Origin: Planctomycetota bacterium
Lineage (GTDB): Bacteria; Planctomycetota; JAJSAM01; JAJVHW01
Reading direction: 5' to 3'
NCBI GenBank assembly: GCA_965248445.1
Contig: CBDFJG010000004.1
Coordinates: 1,472,001-1,536,000 of the forward strand
DNA: 64,000 bases
The notes below the pieces were generated by a model. The model was not told where the DNA came from and did no database searches. It worked only from the letters and a program-made list of their open reading frames with translations. Positions 50,004 to 59,758 of the stretch are shown piece by piece. The stretch's first letter is position 1. Each line of letters starts with the position of its first letter. The position numbers and the translations under genes are program-made.

Positions 50004-50031
50004 CGCGGGGCGGGCCGAAGCCCGCCCCGCG
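50004..50031 (-). terminator. GC-rich hairpin with a UUCG loop on the minus strand
   Basis: 12-bp stem CGCGGGGCGGGC/GCCCGCCCCGCG followed by CGTTT on the minus strand. Confidence 0.6.
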
Positions 50032-50636
50032 GTCAGTTCCATCCCCTACCCGTCAGGTGGTGTTTGGGCGAGGAGAGTCGATGCGCGCATTGCGCGCGCG
50101 AGTCGAGTGCGGGCGTTCGGGACATCCAGGTCGCGGCTTGGGGAGAGGCCGGTCGTAGACGGAGAGAGAGAGAGACGTGCCCACACAGAGAGAGATGACG
50201 CGCTGCCCTTTCCGGATCGGTGCACGAGGGTCCGGTGCGCGGACGGGGAACGACGAGCGCAGGTACCGGCGGCATGGGATCCGCCGGCCTCCGTTTCGCA
50301 CGCCCACACCGCATCGCGGCCTCCGAGACGTCGCGTGCCCTGCAGCCGGGCACTTCGCGTCACACTTGGCTTCGGGACGTGCGGCAACGGGGTTGAGGGC
50401 CAAAACTCGAAAATCAGCACTCGATGCATGCCCCCGCGGGTGGTTTCCCGGATCGGGATCACCACAAGCATCACTCGGCTCACGGATTCTCGTTTCGGGA
50501 GCAGGCTGAACCCGCGTTCTCGTAAAGTGTGCAGGCGTCGCAGCACGCGATCGGGAGGAGCGCGAGCGAAGGGCCCTGCCAAGTTTGCCCGTGCCCGTTA
50601 TCTGGCCGATCGTCGGTATGGATGAGGGAGGTGTGT

Positions 50637-53600
50637 ATGCGGGGGAAGAGCGCTCGCATCGTCGTCGTCGGACTGCTGATCCTCTTGGCGGTCGTCGCGG
50701 CGGTCTTGTTCGTGATGCAGGAGCCTCCGGGCAGCGGAGACGGCGCCGAGACTCCGGACTCTCAACCGGCCACGATCGAAGACGACGAGGCGGCGACCGG
50801 CGGTCGCGGCCGCAAACGGGCGCGTCCCGCAGGATCCGCCCGCGTGTTCGGCACGGTCGCGCGGGGATCGGAGCGTGCACCCGCCGCGGGTGTCTCGGTG
50901 CGACTGCTCGATGCCCTGGCCACCGAGCGCGTTGCCGAGACGGATGAGACCGGAGCGTTCTCGTTCGCCAACGTCGCTCCCGGCGGTCCGTACGAGGTGA
51001 CAGTTCGCGAGGACGGCAGCGCCGAGGTGCGCGTGCCCGGCATCGCCCTCGACCGCAACGAGGAGCGCGACGTCGGTGAACTGGTTCTCGCTCCGGCCGT
51101 TCCCGTGGACGTTCTCGTACGCACGATGGGCGATGTGGCGATTGCCAGCGCGACCGTCGAGGCCTTCGCGGTTCAGGCGAGTGGGTTCGGGTTCGACTGG
51201 CAGGCCAGGATGGCGCAGATCGGTGTGGCCCCGGTCGTCATCGCAACCGCCACGACGAACGCCGAGGGGCGTGCGTCCTTCACGGGGCTCGCGTCGGGCA
51301 ACTGGACTTTCCGCGCCCGCAAGCCGGGCTTCGCCACGCGCGGCAAGAACGGCGTTCAACTGCGTTCTGACCGCGCCGCGAACGACATAACGGTGCACCT
51401 GCCCAAGGGATGGACCGTCAGCGGCACCGTGCGAGAAGACGGTGGCGAGGTGCTCTCGAACGTGCTCGTCATGGGCATCCCGCGCAACATGGCGTGGACT
51501 CCGAACCACGCGCCGCTGAATGCGCGCGCGACCACGGACGCCGAAGGTGCGTTCACACTCGAGGGACTGCGCACGGGCCGCGTCGGCATCTGGATAGGAC
51601 TGCCGGGCGGTGTTCCGTCGCTGGTGTTGTCGATCGACGTCCCGCGGGTCCCGCACATCGACATCGATCTGACGCGCGGAGGGACTCTCACCGGCCTGGT
51701 CTCGCTCGAGGCGGACAAGTCTCCAGTGCCGGGCGTCGTCGTGCGTGCATCCGCTTACAAGAACGGCTCGAGCTACATCGCCGAGGCCGTCACCGATGCC
51801 GACGGCCGGTACACGATCGACACGCTGATGGAGGGGGTCGTCACGCAGGTCAAGGTGGACTACCCCGGGCACGTCGTCGTGATCGACGGCTCGCCGTGGA
51901 TCCAGGTCCCGCTGCTACGCGGCGACACCGTGACGCACGACGTCGTGCTGCGGCGCGCGGCCACTGTCATCGGCACCGTGACGGGGCCGGACGGCCCGCT
52001 CGGCGGCGCCAAGCTGACGCTGTTCACGATGGGCACCGCCGGCAACTGGGGCCAGAAGTACGTCACGGCCGAGTCGGACGGTACGTATCGCGCCGACGGC
52101 ATCGACGCCGGCGGGGCGCTCGTGCAGGTGCGCGCGCGCGGTCACTTCCAGCGGGACTTCCCGACGAACTGGTGGACCGCACTGCAGCAGAAGAACGCGC
52201 CCGAGGAGTGGTTCCTCGAGGTCCCGAAGGAAGGGGAGGTCACGAAGGACTTCGTGCTCGAGAAGGGCACTTGGGTCTCCGGTCTGATCAGCGACGCCAA
52301 CGGAGATCCGGTGGCGGGCGCTCTCGTGCGCTCCTACGCCGCGACGGATTGGGTGGAGGCGCTCAGCGGCGAGGACGGCACGTACCGAATGGAGGGGCTC
52401 GCCCTGGACAAGGACATCAACCTCAACGCGACTGCCGACGGCCACGGTGTCGGAAGCACGCAGGTCAAGCTCGACGGCCCGAACGAGAACGTGGACATCC
52501 AGCTCACGGTGCAGAACCGCCTGCGAGGTGTGGTCCTCGGCGACGGTCCGCTCGAGGACGCGTACGTGCAACTGGGAGCGCCGCAGCCCAAGCAGCGTTC
52601 GTTCAATCAACCGCAGCAGCAGGATCAGTGGGGACGCCTCGAGCGACTGCCGGTCCGTGAGGACGGGACGTTCGATGTCCCGCTGCCGAGCTGGGACCCC
52701 ATCGTCGTCCGCGCCGTGGCCACCGGTTACGGACCCACGGAGGTCGAGGTCGCGAAGAGCACCGCCGGTGACACAGAGGTCGAGGTCCGGTTGAAGCCGG
52801 GCGCGATCGTGCGGGGCGTCGTCTCCAGCAAGGGCGACGGTGCGCCGATCGCGAACGCGCTCATCGTCGCGGGTCCCGGCAGGAAGATCAGCGGACAGAA
52901 CATGGCGTGGCAGCTGCAGCAGATGGAGCAGCAGAACCCGCGGCCGGTGGTGGCCGTGACGGACGGCAACGGTCTCTACGAGATCACGCACCTCGGACCG
53001 GGCGGTCACAACATCACAGCGCGTGCAGCGGCGTTCGTTGAGCTGCTGCAGCACGTGGTCGTCAAGGACGAGCATGACGTCGGGTTCGGACTCGAGCCCG
53101 CGCTGGCGATCGCCGGCGTCGTGAAGTTCACCGACGGGGAGCCCGTCGGCGGAGCGCGGGTCACGATGCGTGCCGCGGGCGCGACGAACTACGGCCCGAA
53201 CCAAGAGGTCCGTAGCAGTTCGGACGGCCGGTTCCGCAAGGACGGGCTGAAGGCGGGCAAGTACACGGTCACGTTGGATCCACCCTGGAACGGCGACGTC
53301 AACGTGACTTCCACCACGGTGAAGGACGTGGAGGCGGGGACCGAGGATCTCGAGATTGTCGCGCAGCACGGACTCACGATCACCGGCCGGCTCGTGGACG
53401 ACGCCGGCGAGCCCGTGCCTGCGATCTCCATCTCGGGGCAGCCGCCGCAGAACAACCCGACCGGCGTCACGACGTGGCGGCAGGCCCGCAGCGGCGAGGA
53501 CGGCACGTTCGAGATGGTCGGTCTGCAAGACGGTACGTGGACTCTCAACGTGGGTGCGCAGAGCGGGTACGCCGCGTTTGTGAAGGCCGGCGTTCCGGCC

Positions 53601-54416
53601 GGAGCGCGTGACGTGATCCTGCGCATGACGAAGGGGCTCGAACTGTCCGGCGTGCTCGTGGACGAGAACGGTGACGGTGTGAGCGGGAAGATGCTGCTCG
53701 CGCAGCGGCTCGATCTTCCCGAGGGCACGCAGAGTTCGTGGCTGAACGCGACGACCGCGTCGGGGGGCAAGTTCAAGTTCAACGGACTGGAGGTCGCGGA
53801 CTACTCGATCATCATGCAAGGCAATGACCAGACGGTGATCTCCGGAGGCGCGCGCGTCTCGGCCGGCCAGTCGAACATCCGGCTCGAGTACAGCAAGGGA
53901 CTCACGATCACGGGTGCTCTCGTCACGACCGACGACGGATCCGCCGAGGGCGCGTGGGTGCTCGCACTCCCCAACGGCAAGGAGGGGGTGGGTCAGAAGC
54001 ACGGGCGGGTCACGGCCGACGGCACGTTCACGATCGAGGGCACGCAGCCCGATATCTCGTACACGCTGCGGACCATGGGCGGGAACTACCGCGCAGCCGA
54101 GGTCGAGGGGATCGAGGCGGGGGCGAGCAACGTCAGCATCACGGTCGAACCGGGACTGCGGGTCTCCGGCACGTTCGTCGACGCGAGTGGCAAGGGGCTC
54201 ACGAACGCGATGCTCTCGTTCGAGGCGGTGGAGGGCAAGTCGCGCACCTCGGGTCGCACTGCGGAGGCTGGGACGTTCTCGATCGGGGGCCTCGACGAGG
54301 GTGTTTACAAGGTCACCGGCTGGGTTCAGGAGGCCGAGGGTGAGCAGTGGACGAAGGTCGAGCTCGGCGAGGTCACGGCTGGAGAGACCGGAGTCGAATT
54401 CCGGGCGCCCGACTGA
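50637..54416 (+). CDS. Large membrane-anchored protein with tandem carboxypeptidase-regulatory-like (CnaB/transthyretin-fold) repeats
   Basis: SD GGAGG, N-terminal TM, many repeats of G.V....G.P..GA.V...TD..G.F...GL..G.Y. Confidence 0.85.
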   Translation: MRGKSARIVVVGLLILLAVVAAVLFVMQEPPGSGDGAETPDSQPATIEDDEAATGGRGRKRARPAGSARVFGTVARGSERAPAAGVSVRLLDALATERVAETDETGAFSFANVAPGGPYEVTVREDGSAEVRVPGIALDRNEERDVGELVLAPAVPVDVLVRTMGDVAIASATVEAFAVQASGFGFDWQARMAQIGVAPVVIATATTNAEGRASFTGLASGNWTFRARKPGFATRGKNGVQLRSDRAANDITVHLPKGWTVSGTVREDGGEVLSNVLVMGIPRNMAWTPNHAPLNARATTDAEGAFTLEGLRTGRVGIWIGLPGGVPSLVLSIDVPRVPHIDIDLTRGGTLTGLVSLEADKSPVPGVVVRASAYKNGSSYIAEAVTDADGRYTIDTLMEGVVTQVKVDYPGHVVVIDGSPWIQVPLLRGDTVTHDVVLRRAATVIGTVTGPDGPLGGAKLTLFTMGTAGNWGQKYVTAESDGTYRADGIDAGGALVQVRARGHFQRDFPTNWWTALQQKNAPEEWFLEVPKEGEVTKDFVLEKGTWVSGLISDANGDPVAGALVRSYAATDWVEALSGEDGTYRMEGLALDKDINLNATADGHGVGSTQVKLDGPNENVDIQLTVQNRLRGVVLGDGPLEDAYVQLGAPQPKQRSFNQPQQQDQWGRLERLPVREDGTFDVPLPSWDPIVVRAVATGYGPTEVEVAKSTAGDTEVEVRLKPGAIVRGVVSSKGDGAPIANALIVAGPGRKISGQNMAWQLQQMEQQNPRPVVAVTDGNGLYEITHLGPGGHNITARAAAFVELLQHVVVKDEHDVGFGLEPALAIAGVVKFTDGEPVGGARVTMRAAGATNYGPNQEVRSSSDGRFRKDGLKAGKYTVTLDPPWNGDVNVTSTTVKDVEAGTEDLEIVAQHGLTITGRLVDDAGEPVPAISISGQPPQNNPTGVTTWRQARSGEDGTFEMVGLQDGTWTLNVGAQSGYAAFVKAGVPAGARDVILRMTKGLELSGVLVDENGDGVSGKMLLAQRLDLPEGTQSSWLNATTASGGKFKFNGLEVADYSIIMQGNDQTVISGGARVSAGQSNIRLEYSKGLTITGALVTTDDGSAEGAWVLALPNGKEGVGQKHGRVTADGTFTIEGTQPDISYTLRTMGGNYRAAEVEGIEAGASNVSITVEPGLRVSGTFVDASGKGLTNAMLSFEAVEGKSRTSGRTAEAGTFSIGGLDEGVYKVTGWVQEAEGEQWTKVELGEVTAGETGVEFRAPD

Positions 54417-54457
54417 CCCGGCGGACCGAGCTCGCAACCGCGGGTATGATGCCCGGG

Positions 54458-54712
54458 ATGCGTGATCGAGGAGACGCCACCCCCCAGAAGGAGAGCTTCC
54501 TCCTCGGGGTCGGCTTCGACGGCGACGACGGCCACCGCCGGGTGACCCGAGGCCGGGACTTCGTCCTGCTCGGCAGGAGCGGCGACACGCACTCGGAGAT
54601 GCAGGAGCGGGCCATCCGCTTCGACGAGGAACTCAAGCGCCGTGGCAAGCGGCTGCGCGAGGTCGAGTCTCTCGACGAACTTCGCGAGATCGCCGACCAG
54701 GCGGGGATGTAG
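54458..54712 (+). CDS. Small conserved hypothetical protein
   Basis: LLGVGFDGDDGHRRVTRG...THSEMQE resembles a small family recalled from PVC bacteria. TATGAT lies 7 nt before the ATG. Confidence 0.7.
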   Translation: MRDRGDATPQKESFLLGVGFDGDDGHRRVTRGRDFVLLGRSGDTHSEMQERAIRFDEELKRRGKRLREVESLDELREIADQAGM

Positions 54713-54777
54713 CCCCGAGGCTCGTGCCGCTCCGTTCGCAGCACGGACGCGGCAGCAGACTGTAGGCTGAACCACCG

Positions 54778-56538
54778 ATGCACCGACCCCTCCGACTCTG
54801 TCTGTTCCTGCTCACCGCGGTCGCGGTCTTCGCGCTCACGGCGCCGCGCGCCGAGGCGGAGAGCACGGCGTTCCTGGTCAACGGTCAGCGCATCTCCGGA
54901 GTGGTCCCGAAGGGCGAGGTCATCCGCCTCCGGTTTCGCGCCGCCGCCGGCACCGAGCCGCGGCTCACGTTCTCCCTCGCCGGATCGAAGACCGCGCCGC
55001 TGAGTTTCCTGAACCTGCAGATCGTGGACCCGGACGGCGCCGTCGTGCCCGACACGAGTCAGTTCTTCGAGGGCACGCGACTGCGTCTGGGCAAGAGCAA
55101 GCTCAAGCTGCGCGGCTTCGTCGCGCAGAAGACGGGCGACTACACACTGATCACCGACACGAACAGCGCCCGGTTGCCGAACCTGGTCGAGCTGATCGCT
55201 TCGGGCAAGTTCAAGTTGAAGCGGCCGAAGCGTGCGAAGACGACGATCACCGAGGCGGACCTCTCGCTCGACGTCGCGCTGCTCTTCCGCGATCAGGTCA
55301 TCGTGAAGGTGAAGACCGAGGACGGCGGCATCCCTGTCATCACGCGGTTCGTGTCGCCGAGTCAGGAGTTCCGGTTCCCGGCGACGGAACGGCGCACCAA
55401 CAAGAAGGGCGCCGTCTCCCAGAAGTTCCGGTCCATCGAAGACGACGACCACACGTTCGAATTCGGGTACCGCGAAGGCCAGACCACCGGCACGTTCGTG
55501 GCGACCGTCAAGGTCAACATGTTCACCATTCGGACGACCGCGTTCCTGAAGATCGAGAACGCGCCGGGAATCCCGCTGTCCGTGCGCCCAGCGGACCGAT
55601 TCCGGGCGATCGACTGGGGCACGGGCGCCCCCGGTCTCGCGTACGACGCGGGGACGAATTCGATCCTCGTCTCGGCGCTCTACTTGGGCGGCGGTGCGCC
55701 TCAGATTTCCGGCCGCCTCTACGACCGGGATCTCTTCGAGCAACCGGGCACGCCGCAGCCGGTGTCGTTCGTGGGGCCAGCGGACATGCAGCCGGGCGAG
55801 GTGCTCGGCACACACCGGATGGTCGCGAACGACGTGAACTACTACATCGCCTGGGCCACCCAGAGCGGGCTGTTCGCCGGGTTCTCGCGCATCCGCAAGA
55901 GCGACCTCGGCCGAGAGGGCTTCCTCGAGGCGATCGCGAACGCGACGACGCCCATCCGGGACCACTTCCTCGTCACCAACGGTCTCACCGTCTCGCTCGG
56001 CGTGTTCCGTTCGCCCGACGGTCACGACGTGCACGTCTACGAGCCGGACCTCACGAGCATCTTCACCACCGGCATCGGTACGCTCGCGTTCTCGCACGCG
56101 AACGGCGCCGGCGCTGCGTGGAACCCCGCGACGGAGCAGTACGAACTGTGGGCGCCGGACGCGCTCGGCTTCGGCAACCCGAGCGACCTCAACCGCCAGT
56201 TCTACTCCGAGTTCTGGCAGGTGCAGGGCTCGAACGAGAAGCCGATCGCGGATCCGGGGGAGACCGAGACGATGTCCAGCGCCGTCTCGATCGACCTGTC
56301 CTCGGGCGTTACAGTCGTGCACCACGTCATTCCCGCGGGTGCCAGCGGTGCCGGCAACGTCGTGCGCTCGCTGTTCGACGATGCGGGCGACCTCGTCCTC
56401 GGTTCCGACGTCACGCTGCCTACGAGCGGCCTGAACCGGCCGACGTCGATCATCGTCGGCAACTTCCTGTACGTCGGATACGAGAGCGCGTCCGGACCCG
56501 CGGTCGAGAGATTCCCGTTCCTGCGCACGACGCAGTAG
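54778..56538 (+). CDS. Secreted hypothetical protein (beta-rich)
   Basis: Signal peptide ending AEA, 586 aa, host-like codon usage. Confidence 0.75.
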   Translation: MHRPLRLCLFLLTAVAVFALTAPRAEAESTAFLVNGQRISGVVPKGEVIRLRFRAAAGTEPRLTFSLAGSKTAPLSFLNLQIVDPDGAVVPDTSQFFEGTRLRLGKSKLKLRGFVAQKTGDYTLITDTNSARLPNLVELIASGKFKLKRPKRAKTTITEADLSLDVALLFRDQVIVKVKTEDGGIPVITRFVSPSQEFRFPATERRTNKKGAVSQKFRSIEDDDHTFEFGYREGQTTGTFVATVKVNMFTIRTTAFLKIENAPGIPLSVRPADRFRAIDWGTGAPGLAYDAGTNSILVSALYLGGGAPQISGRLYDRDLFEQPGTPQPVSFVGPADMQPGEVLGTHRMVANDVNYYIAWATQSGLFAGFSRIRKSDLGREGFLEAIANATTPIRDHFLVTNGLTVSLGVFRSPDGHDVHVYEPDLTSIFTTGIGTLAFSHANGAGAAWNPATEQYELWAPDALGFGNPSDLNRQFYSEFWQVQGSNEKPIADPGETETMSSAVSIDLSSGVTVVHHVIPAGASGAGNVVRSLFDDAGDLVLGSDVTLPTSGLNRPTSIIVGNFLYVGYESASGPAVERFPFLRTTQ

Positions 56539-56573
56539 GGGCACGCGTCGTAGATTCAGTGGGAGGCCGGTGG

Positions 56574-57422
56574 TTGCGCGTCTTCATCAGCTGTGACATG
56601 GAGGGCTGCACGGGAATCGTGCACAACGATCAGCTCATCCCGGGCGGATACGACTACCAGCGTGGACGCCGGTTGATGACCGGAGATGTGGTGGCCGCTG
56701 TCGAGGCGGCTCTCGCCTACGAAGACGTCGAGTACGTGCGCGTCTGCGACGGGCACGGGACCATGCGCAACATCCTGATCGAGGAGCTCCCCTCGGGGTG
56801 CGACCTCGTCTCCGGCCCGGCCGGGTCGCGCGTCTTCTGTCAGTCGGAGGGGCTCGACGACTCATTCGACGTCGTGTTGTTCGTCGGATACCACGCGCGC
56901 GCCGGCACGCCGGAAGCGGTCCTTCCGCACACGTGGATCGGCTCCGTGGTGCGGGAGATCCGCGTGAACGGCGTCGTGTTCGGAGAAGCCGCGCTGAACG
57001 CCGCGATTGCCGGGGAGCACGGCGTGCCCGTTGCGTTCCTCTCGGGAGACGTGGCCGCCTGCGCCGAGGCGAAGTCGCAGCTCGGTGACGATCTCGTCAC
57101 CGTCGCGGTCAAGCGCGCGTTCGGCGCCAAATCGGCCGTGTGCCGGCCCCCTGCGGAGACCGCCGACGAGATTCGCCTCGGCGTGCTGACGGCGCTGGAG
57201 ACCGCGTCGTCACGCAAGCCGTTTCGCGTGGAAGGACCGGTTGAATTCGCCGCCACGTTCCATCGCAAGGAGCAGGCGGATCTCGCCGAGCGCCGTACCG
57301 GCGTCGAGCGGAAGGGACCAAGTACGCTGGCGACGAGCGCCGGCACGTATCTCGAAGCGGTCCGCGCCGGGTGGGCGCTCCTAGAGTCCGCCGCGGGTGA
57401 CCCTCCGGAGTGGCTGCGATGA
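56574..57422 (+). CDS. M55 family D-aminopeptidase (DppA-like)
   Basis: FISCDMEG, DGHGTMRN, FVGYHARAG, HTW, GEAALNAAIAG, SGD. TTG start with GGAGG. Confidence 0.92.
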   Translation: MRVFISCDMEGCTGIVHNDQLIPGGYDYQRGRRLMTGDVVAAVEAALAYEDVEYVRVCDGHGTMRNILIEELPSGCDLVSGPAGSRVFCQSEGLDDSFDVVLFVGYHARAGTPEAVLPHTWIGSVVREIRVNGVVFGEAALNAAIAGEHGVPVAFLSGDVAACAEAKSQLGDDLVTVAVKRAFGAKSAVCRPPAETADEIRLGVLTALETASSRKPFRVEGPVEFAATFHRKEQADLAERRTGVERKGPSTLATSAGTYLEAVRAGWALLESAAGDPPEWLR

Positions 57423-58375
57423 CACGTGTACGAAAACTCTGGCCGCTGGCATTGGCGCTCATCGGCATCGCCGGGTTCGTCTACGCGGGCTGGAAAGTGA
57501 TGAGTAAGCCCCCTGCGCCGGAAGACGACGAGTACGTCGACGTGGCTCCGCCTCCTGCGGCGCCGGGCGAACGGTTCGAGGTCGTGCGGACTCACGAACT
57601 CACCGAGACGCGCGGCTACAAGGGCAACGTCTCCGGTGAAGGGCTCATCGAGATCCGGGCCCCCAAGGGGATGCTCGTCCCGATCGTGAAAATCCACCAC
57701 GAGCACGGTGACTTCGTGAAGAAGGGTGATCCCCTCATCACGCTCGATCGCAAGCAGGTGGAGGACGCCATTGTCGAGGCACGCGAAGCCGGCCGCGACG
57801 CCGACGTGCTGCGCTTCGAGGGCTACCTGGAGCACGTCGTGCTGCGAGCGCCGGTGGACGGCCAGGTCCACGACATCAAGCTGGACACCGGAAACATCCC
57901 GATCGAAGTGGGCATCCCGCTGATGACGCTCGCGGATCGCTCTTCCTACGTCTTCGTCGCGCTCGTGCCGAACGAGGTGGCTGTCAAGTCCGCCAACCTC
58001 GGCCGGGAGGTGCTGATCCACCTGGATGCCGGGATCGGCGACGTGCGGGGCACCGTGACCGCTCACGATGCGACCGGGGAGCGCAATCTCGACGTGCCGG
58101 GGGGCTACATGGCCGTCGTGGCGAGCCTGCCGCCCACCCCCGGCGTCGAACAGGACCTCGCCGGCGAGCTGCGGCTGGCCGCGGCCGTCAAGAAGGTGGG
58201 GCTCGTGCCGCAGCGCGCGGTCACCTGGCGTGGCGACACCGGCGTCGTGCGAGTGGCCGAGGACGGCGAGGTGCTCGAGCGCACGATCCAGCACGGAGCC
58301 AAGGTCGGAGATGACATCATCGTCCTTTACGGCGTGTTCCCGGGCGAGTCGGTCCTCGTTCCCGACGTCGATTGA
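57419..58375 (+). CDS. Efflux periplasmic adaptor (HlyD/MacA-like MFP), short hairpin form
   Basis: N-terminal TM, lipoyl halves GDFVKKGDPLITLD and LRAPVDGQV, VPQRAV. ATGA-coupled to the peptidase. Confidence 0.75.
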   Translation: MTRVRKLWPLALALIGIAGFVYAGWKVMSKPPAPEDDEYVDVAPPPAAPGERFEVVRTHELTETRGYKGNVSGEGLIEIRAPKGMLVPIVKIHHEHGDFVKKGDPLITLDRKQVEDAIVEAREAGRDADVLRFEGYLEHVVLRAPVDGQVHDIKLDTGNIPIEVGIPLMTLADRSSYVFVALVPNEVAVKSANLGREVLIHLDAGIGDVRGTVTAHDATGERNLDVPGGYMAVVASLPPTPGVEQDLAGELRLAAAVKKVGLVPQRAVTWRGDTGVVRVAEDGEVLERTIQHGAKVGDDIIVLYGVFPGESVLVPDVD

Positions 58376-58389
58376 CGTAGATTCACCGC

Positions 58390-58896
58390 GTGGCTTATGT
58401 CCTGTTCGCGTTGCGTGTGCCGAGCGGAGCCGATCTCGAGGAGACGGCGGAGGCTCTCGCTGTTCGCGTCGGCGCCGGAATCGAGCGTGGCGACCCGAGT
58501 GGCTCCGCGGAGGAGACCCGCCACGAACTCGTCCGCCGCGCGACGTCCGCCGAGCCGTCGTTGTCGGCCGCGACTGCCGAGATCGCCGTCACGTCGGCTC
58601 TGACCGATGGAGCCGGCGTCCGTGTCGACGTCCATGAGGACTTCGTGCGTGTACGCCTCGGTTACCTCGCGGACGCCGAGGTAGCGACCGCGGTGATGGG
58701 GCGCGTGTTCCGCGTGCTCGGGGCCGTTGCGACCGAAGACGGGTGGTGCGTGTACGACCCGCAGGGAGTCACCGCAGTGACCCTCGACGAGGCCGGACGC
58801 GCGGCCACGCTCGAGCTGTACCAGAGCGTCGTCGACCAGGTGGCTCCGACACCCTTTGTTGTCGTGCCGCGCAGCCGCGACGAGCCGTCGTCGTGA
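58390..58896 (+). CDS. Hypothetical protein
   Basis: 168-aa ORF filling the gap, contains VYDPQ, GTGA-coupled to the next gene. Confidence 0.65.
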   Translation: MAYVLFALRVPSGADLEETAEALAVRVGAGIERGDPSGSAEETRHELVRRATSAEPSLSAATAEIAVTSALTDGAGVRVDVHEDFVRVRLGYLADAEVATAVMGRVFRVLGAVATEDGWCVYDPQGVTAVTLDEAGRAATLELYQSVVDQVAPTPFVVVPRSRDEPSS

Positions 58897-59747
58897 GTTC
58901 GCGCCGCAAGGTGTTCATCTTGTCCGACTCGACCGGGGACACCGCGTCCAGGATCGTCCGCGCGGCGCTCAAGCAATTCGTCGGGGAGGGCGTCGAAATC
59001 CGCCGCTTCCCGAACGTACTGCGCAAGTCCGAGGTTCGCGGCATCCTGGGCGAAGCGGCCAACGAGGAGGCGCTCGTGGCGCACACGTTCGCGGCGCACC
59101 CGCTGCGTGAAATGATGCGCGCGGAGGCCGCGCAGCAGGGCGTCGAGAACCTGGATCTGCTCGGGCCGCTGCTCGACTCGCTGGAGCGGCACCTCCACAG
59201 CAAGCCGGCCGAGGAGGCTGGCCTCTACCACAAGATCGACGATCAATACTTCCGGCGCATCGACGCCGTCGAGTACGCGGTGATGCACGATGACGGCAAG
59301 CACCTCGAGGGCCTGAAACACGCTGACCTGGTGCTGCTGGGCGTCTCCCGCACCGGCAAGACGCCGCTCTCGGTGTATCTGGCGCTCGAGGGCTGGCGCG
59401 TCGGGAACGTGCCTCTCGTGCAGGGTCAGCCCGTGCCCGAAGAGGTGCTCGCGCTACCTCGCGAGAAACTCTGCGGACTCATGATCGATCCACGCCGTCT
59501 GGCCGAGATCCGGCGCGCGCGCATGGACTACATCGCGCCGGGATACCAGATGGACTACGACGACACGCGGGCGGTGCGCGAGGAACTGAACTGGAGCCGC
59601 AAGGTGCTGCAGAAGCAGGGCGTCGCGATTGTCGACGTCACGCAGCGCGCGATCGAGGAGACCGCCCACATGGTGGTCAAGGCCGTCGGCCGCGAGAGCG
59701 TCGGCCTCCCGCCCAAGAAGGGCCGCAAGAGCCGCAAGAAGGCCTAG
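58893..59747 (+). CDS. PEP synthase/pyruvate phosphate dikinase regulatory kinase-pyrophosphorylase (DUF299)
   Basis: SDSTGDTA, YFRRIDAVEY..HDDG, LGVSRTGKTPLSVYLA, AIEETA. Confidence 0.93.
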   Translation: MSSRRKVFILSDSTGDTASRIVRAALKQFVGEGVEIRRFPNVLRKSEVRGILGEAANEEALVAHTFAAHPLREMMRAEAAQQGVENLDLLGPLLDSLERHLHSKPAEEAGLYHKIDDQYFRRIDAVEYAVMHDDGKHLEGLKHADLVLLGVSRTGKTPLSVYLALEGWRVGNVPLVQGQPVPEEVLALPREKLCGLMIDPRRLAEIRRARMDYIAPGYQMDYDDTRAVREELNWSRKVLQKQGVAIVDVTQRAIEETAHMVVKAVGRESVGLPPKKGRKSRKKA

Positions 59748-59758
59748 CCCGGCCAGAG

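Noticed and set aside
50195..50225. SRP RNA helix-8-like string (UCCGGAAAGGGCAGC) on the minus strand
   Set aside because: It lacks the upstream CAGG partner and the long rod pairing; the resemblance is too weak.
49653..50636. tmRNA, RNase P RNA, 6S RNA, group II intron or tRNA in the long intergenic region
   Set aside because: I found none of their hallmark motifs (e.g. GAGGAAAGTCC, intron domain V, T-loop with acceptor stem).
13726..56544. Long antisense or alternate-frame ORFs (e.g. 13726-15801, 41742-44144, 47460-49763, 51915-54437, 54373-56544)
   Set aside because: They are shadows of well-supported genes, show no recognisable motifs, and are expected in high-GC DNA.
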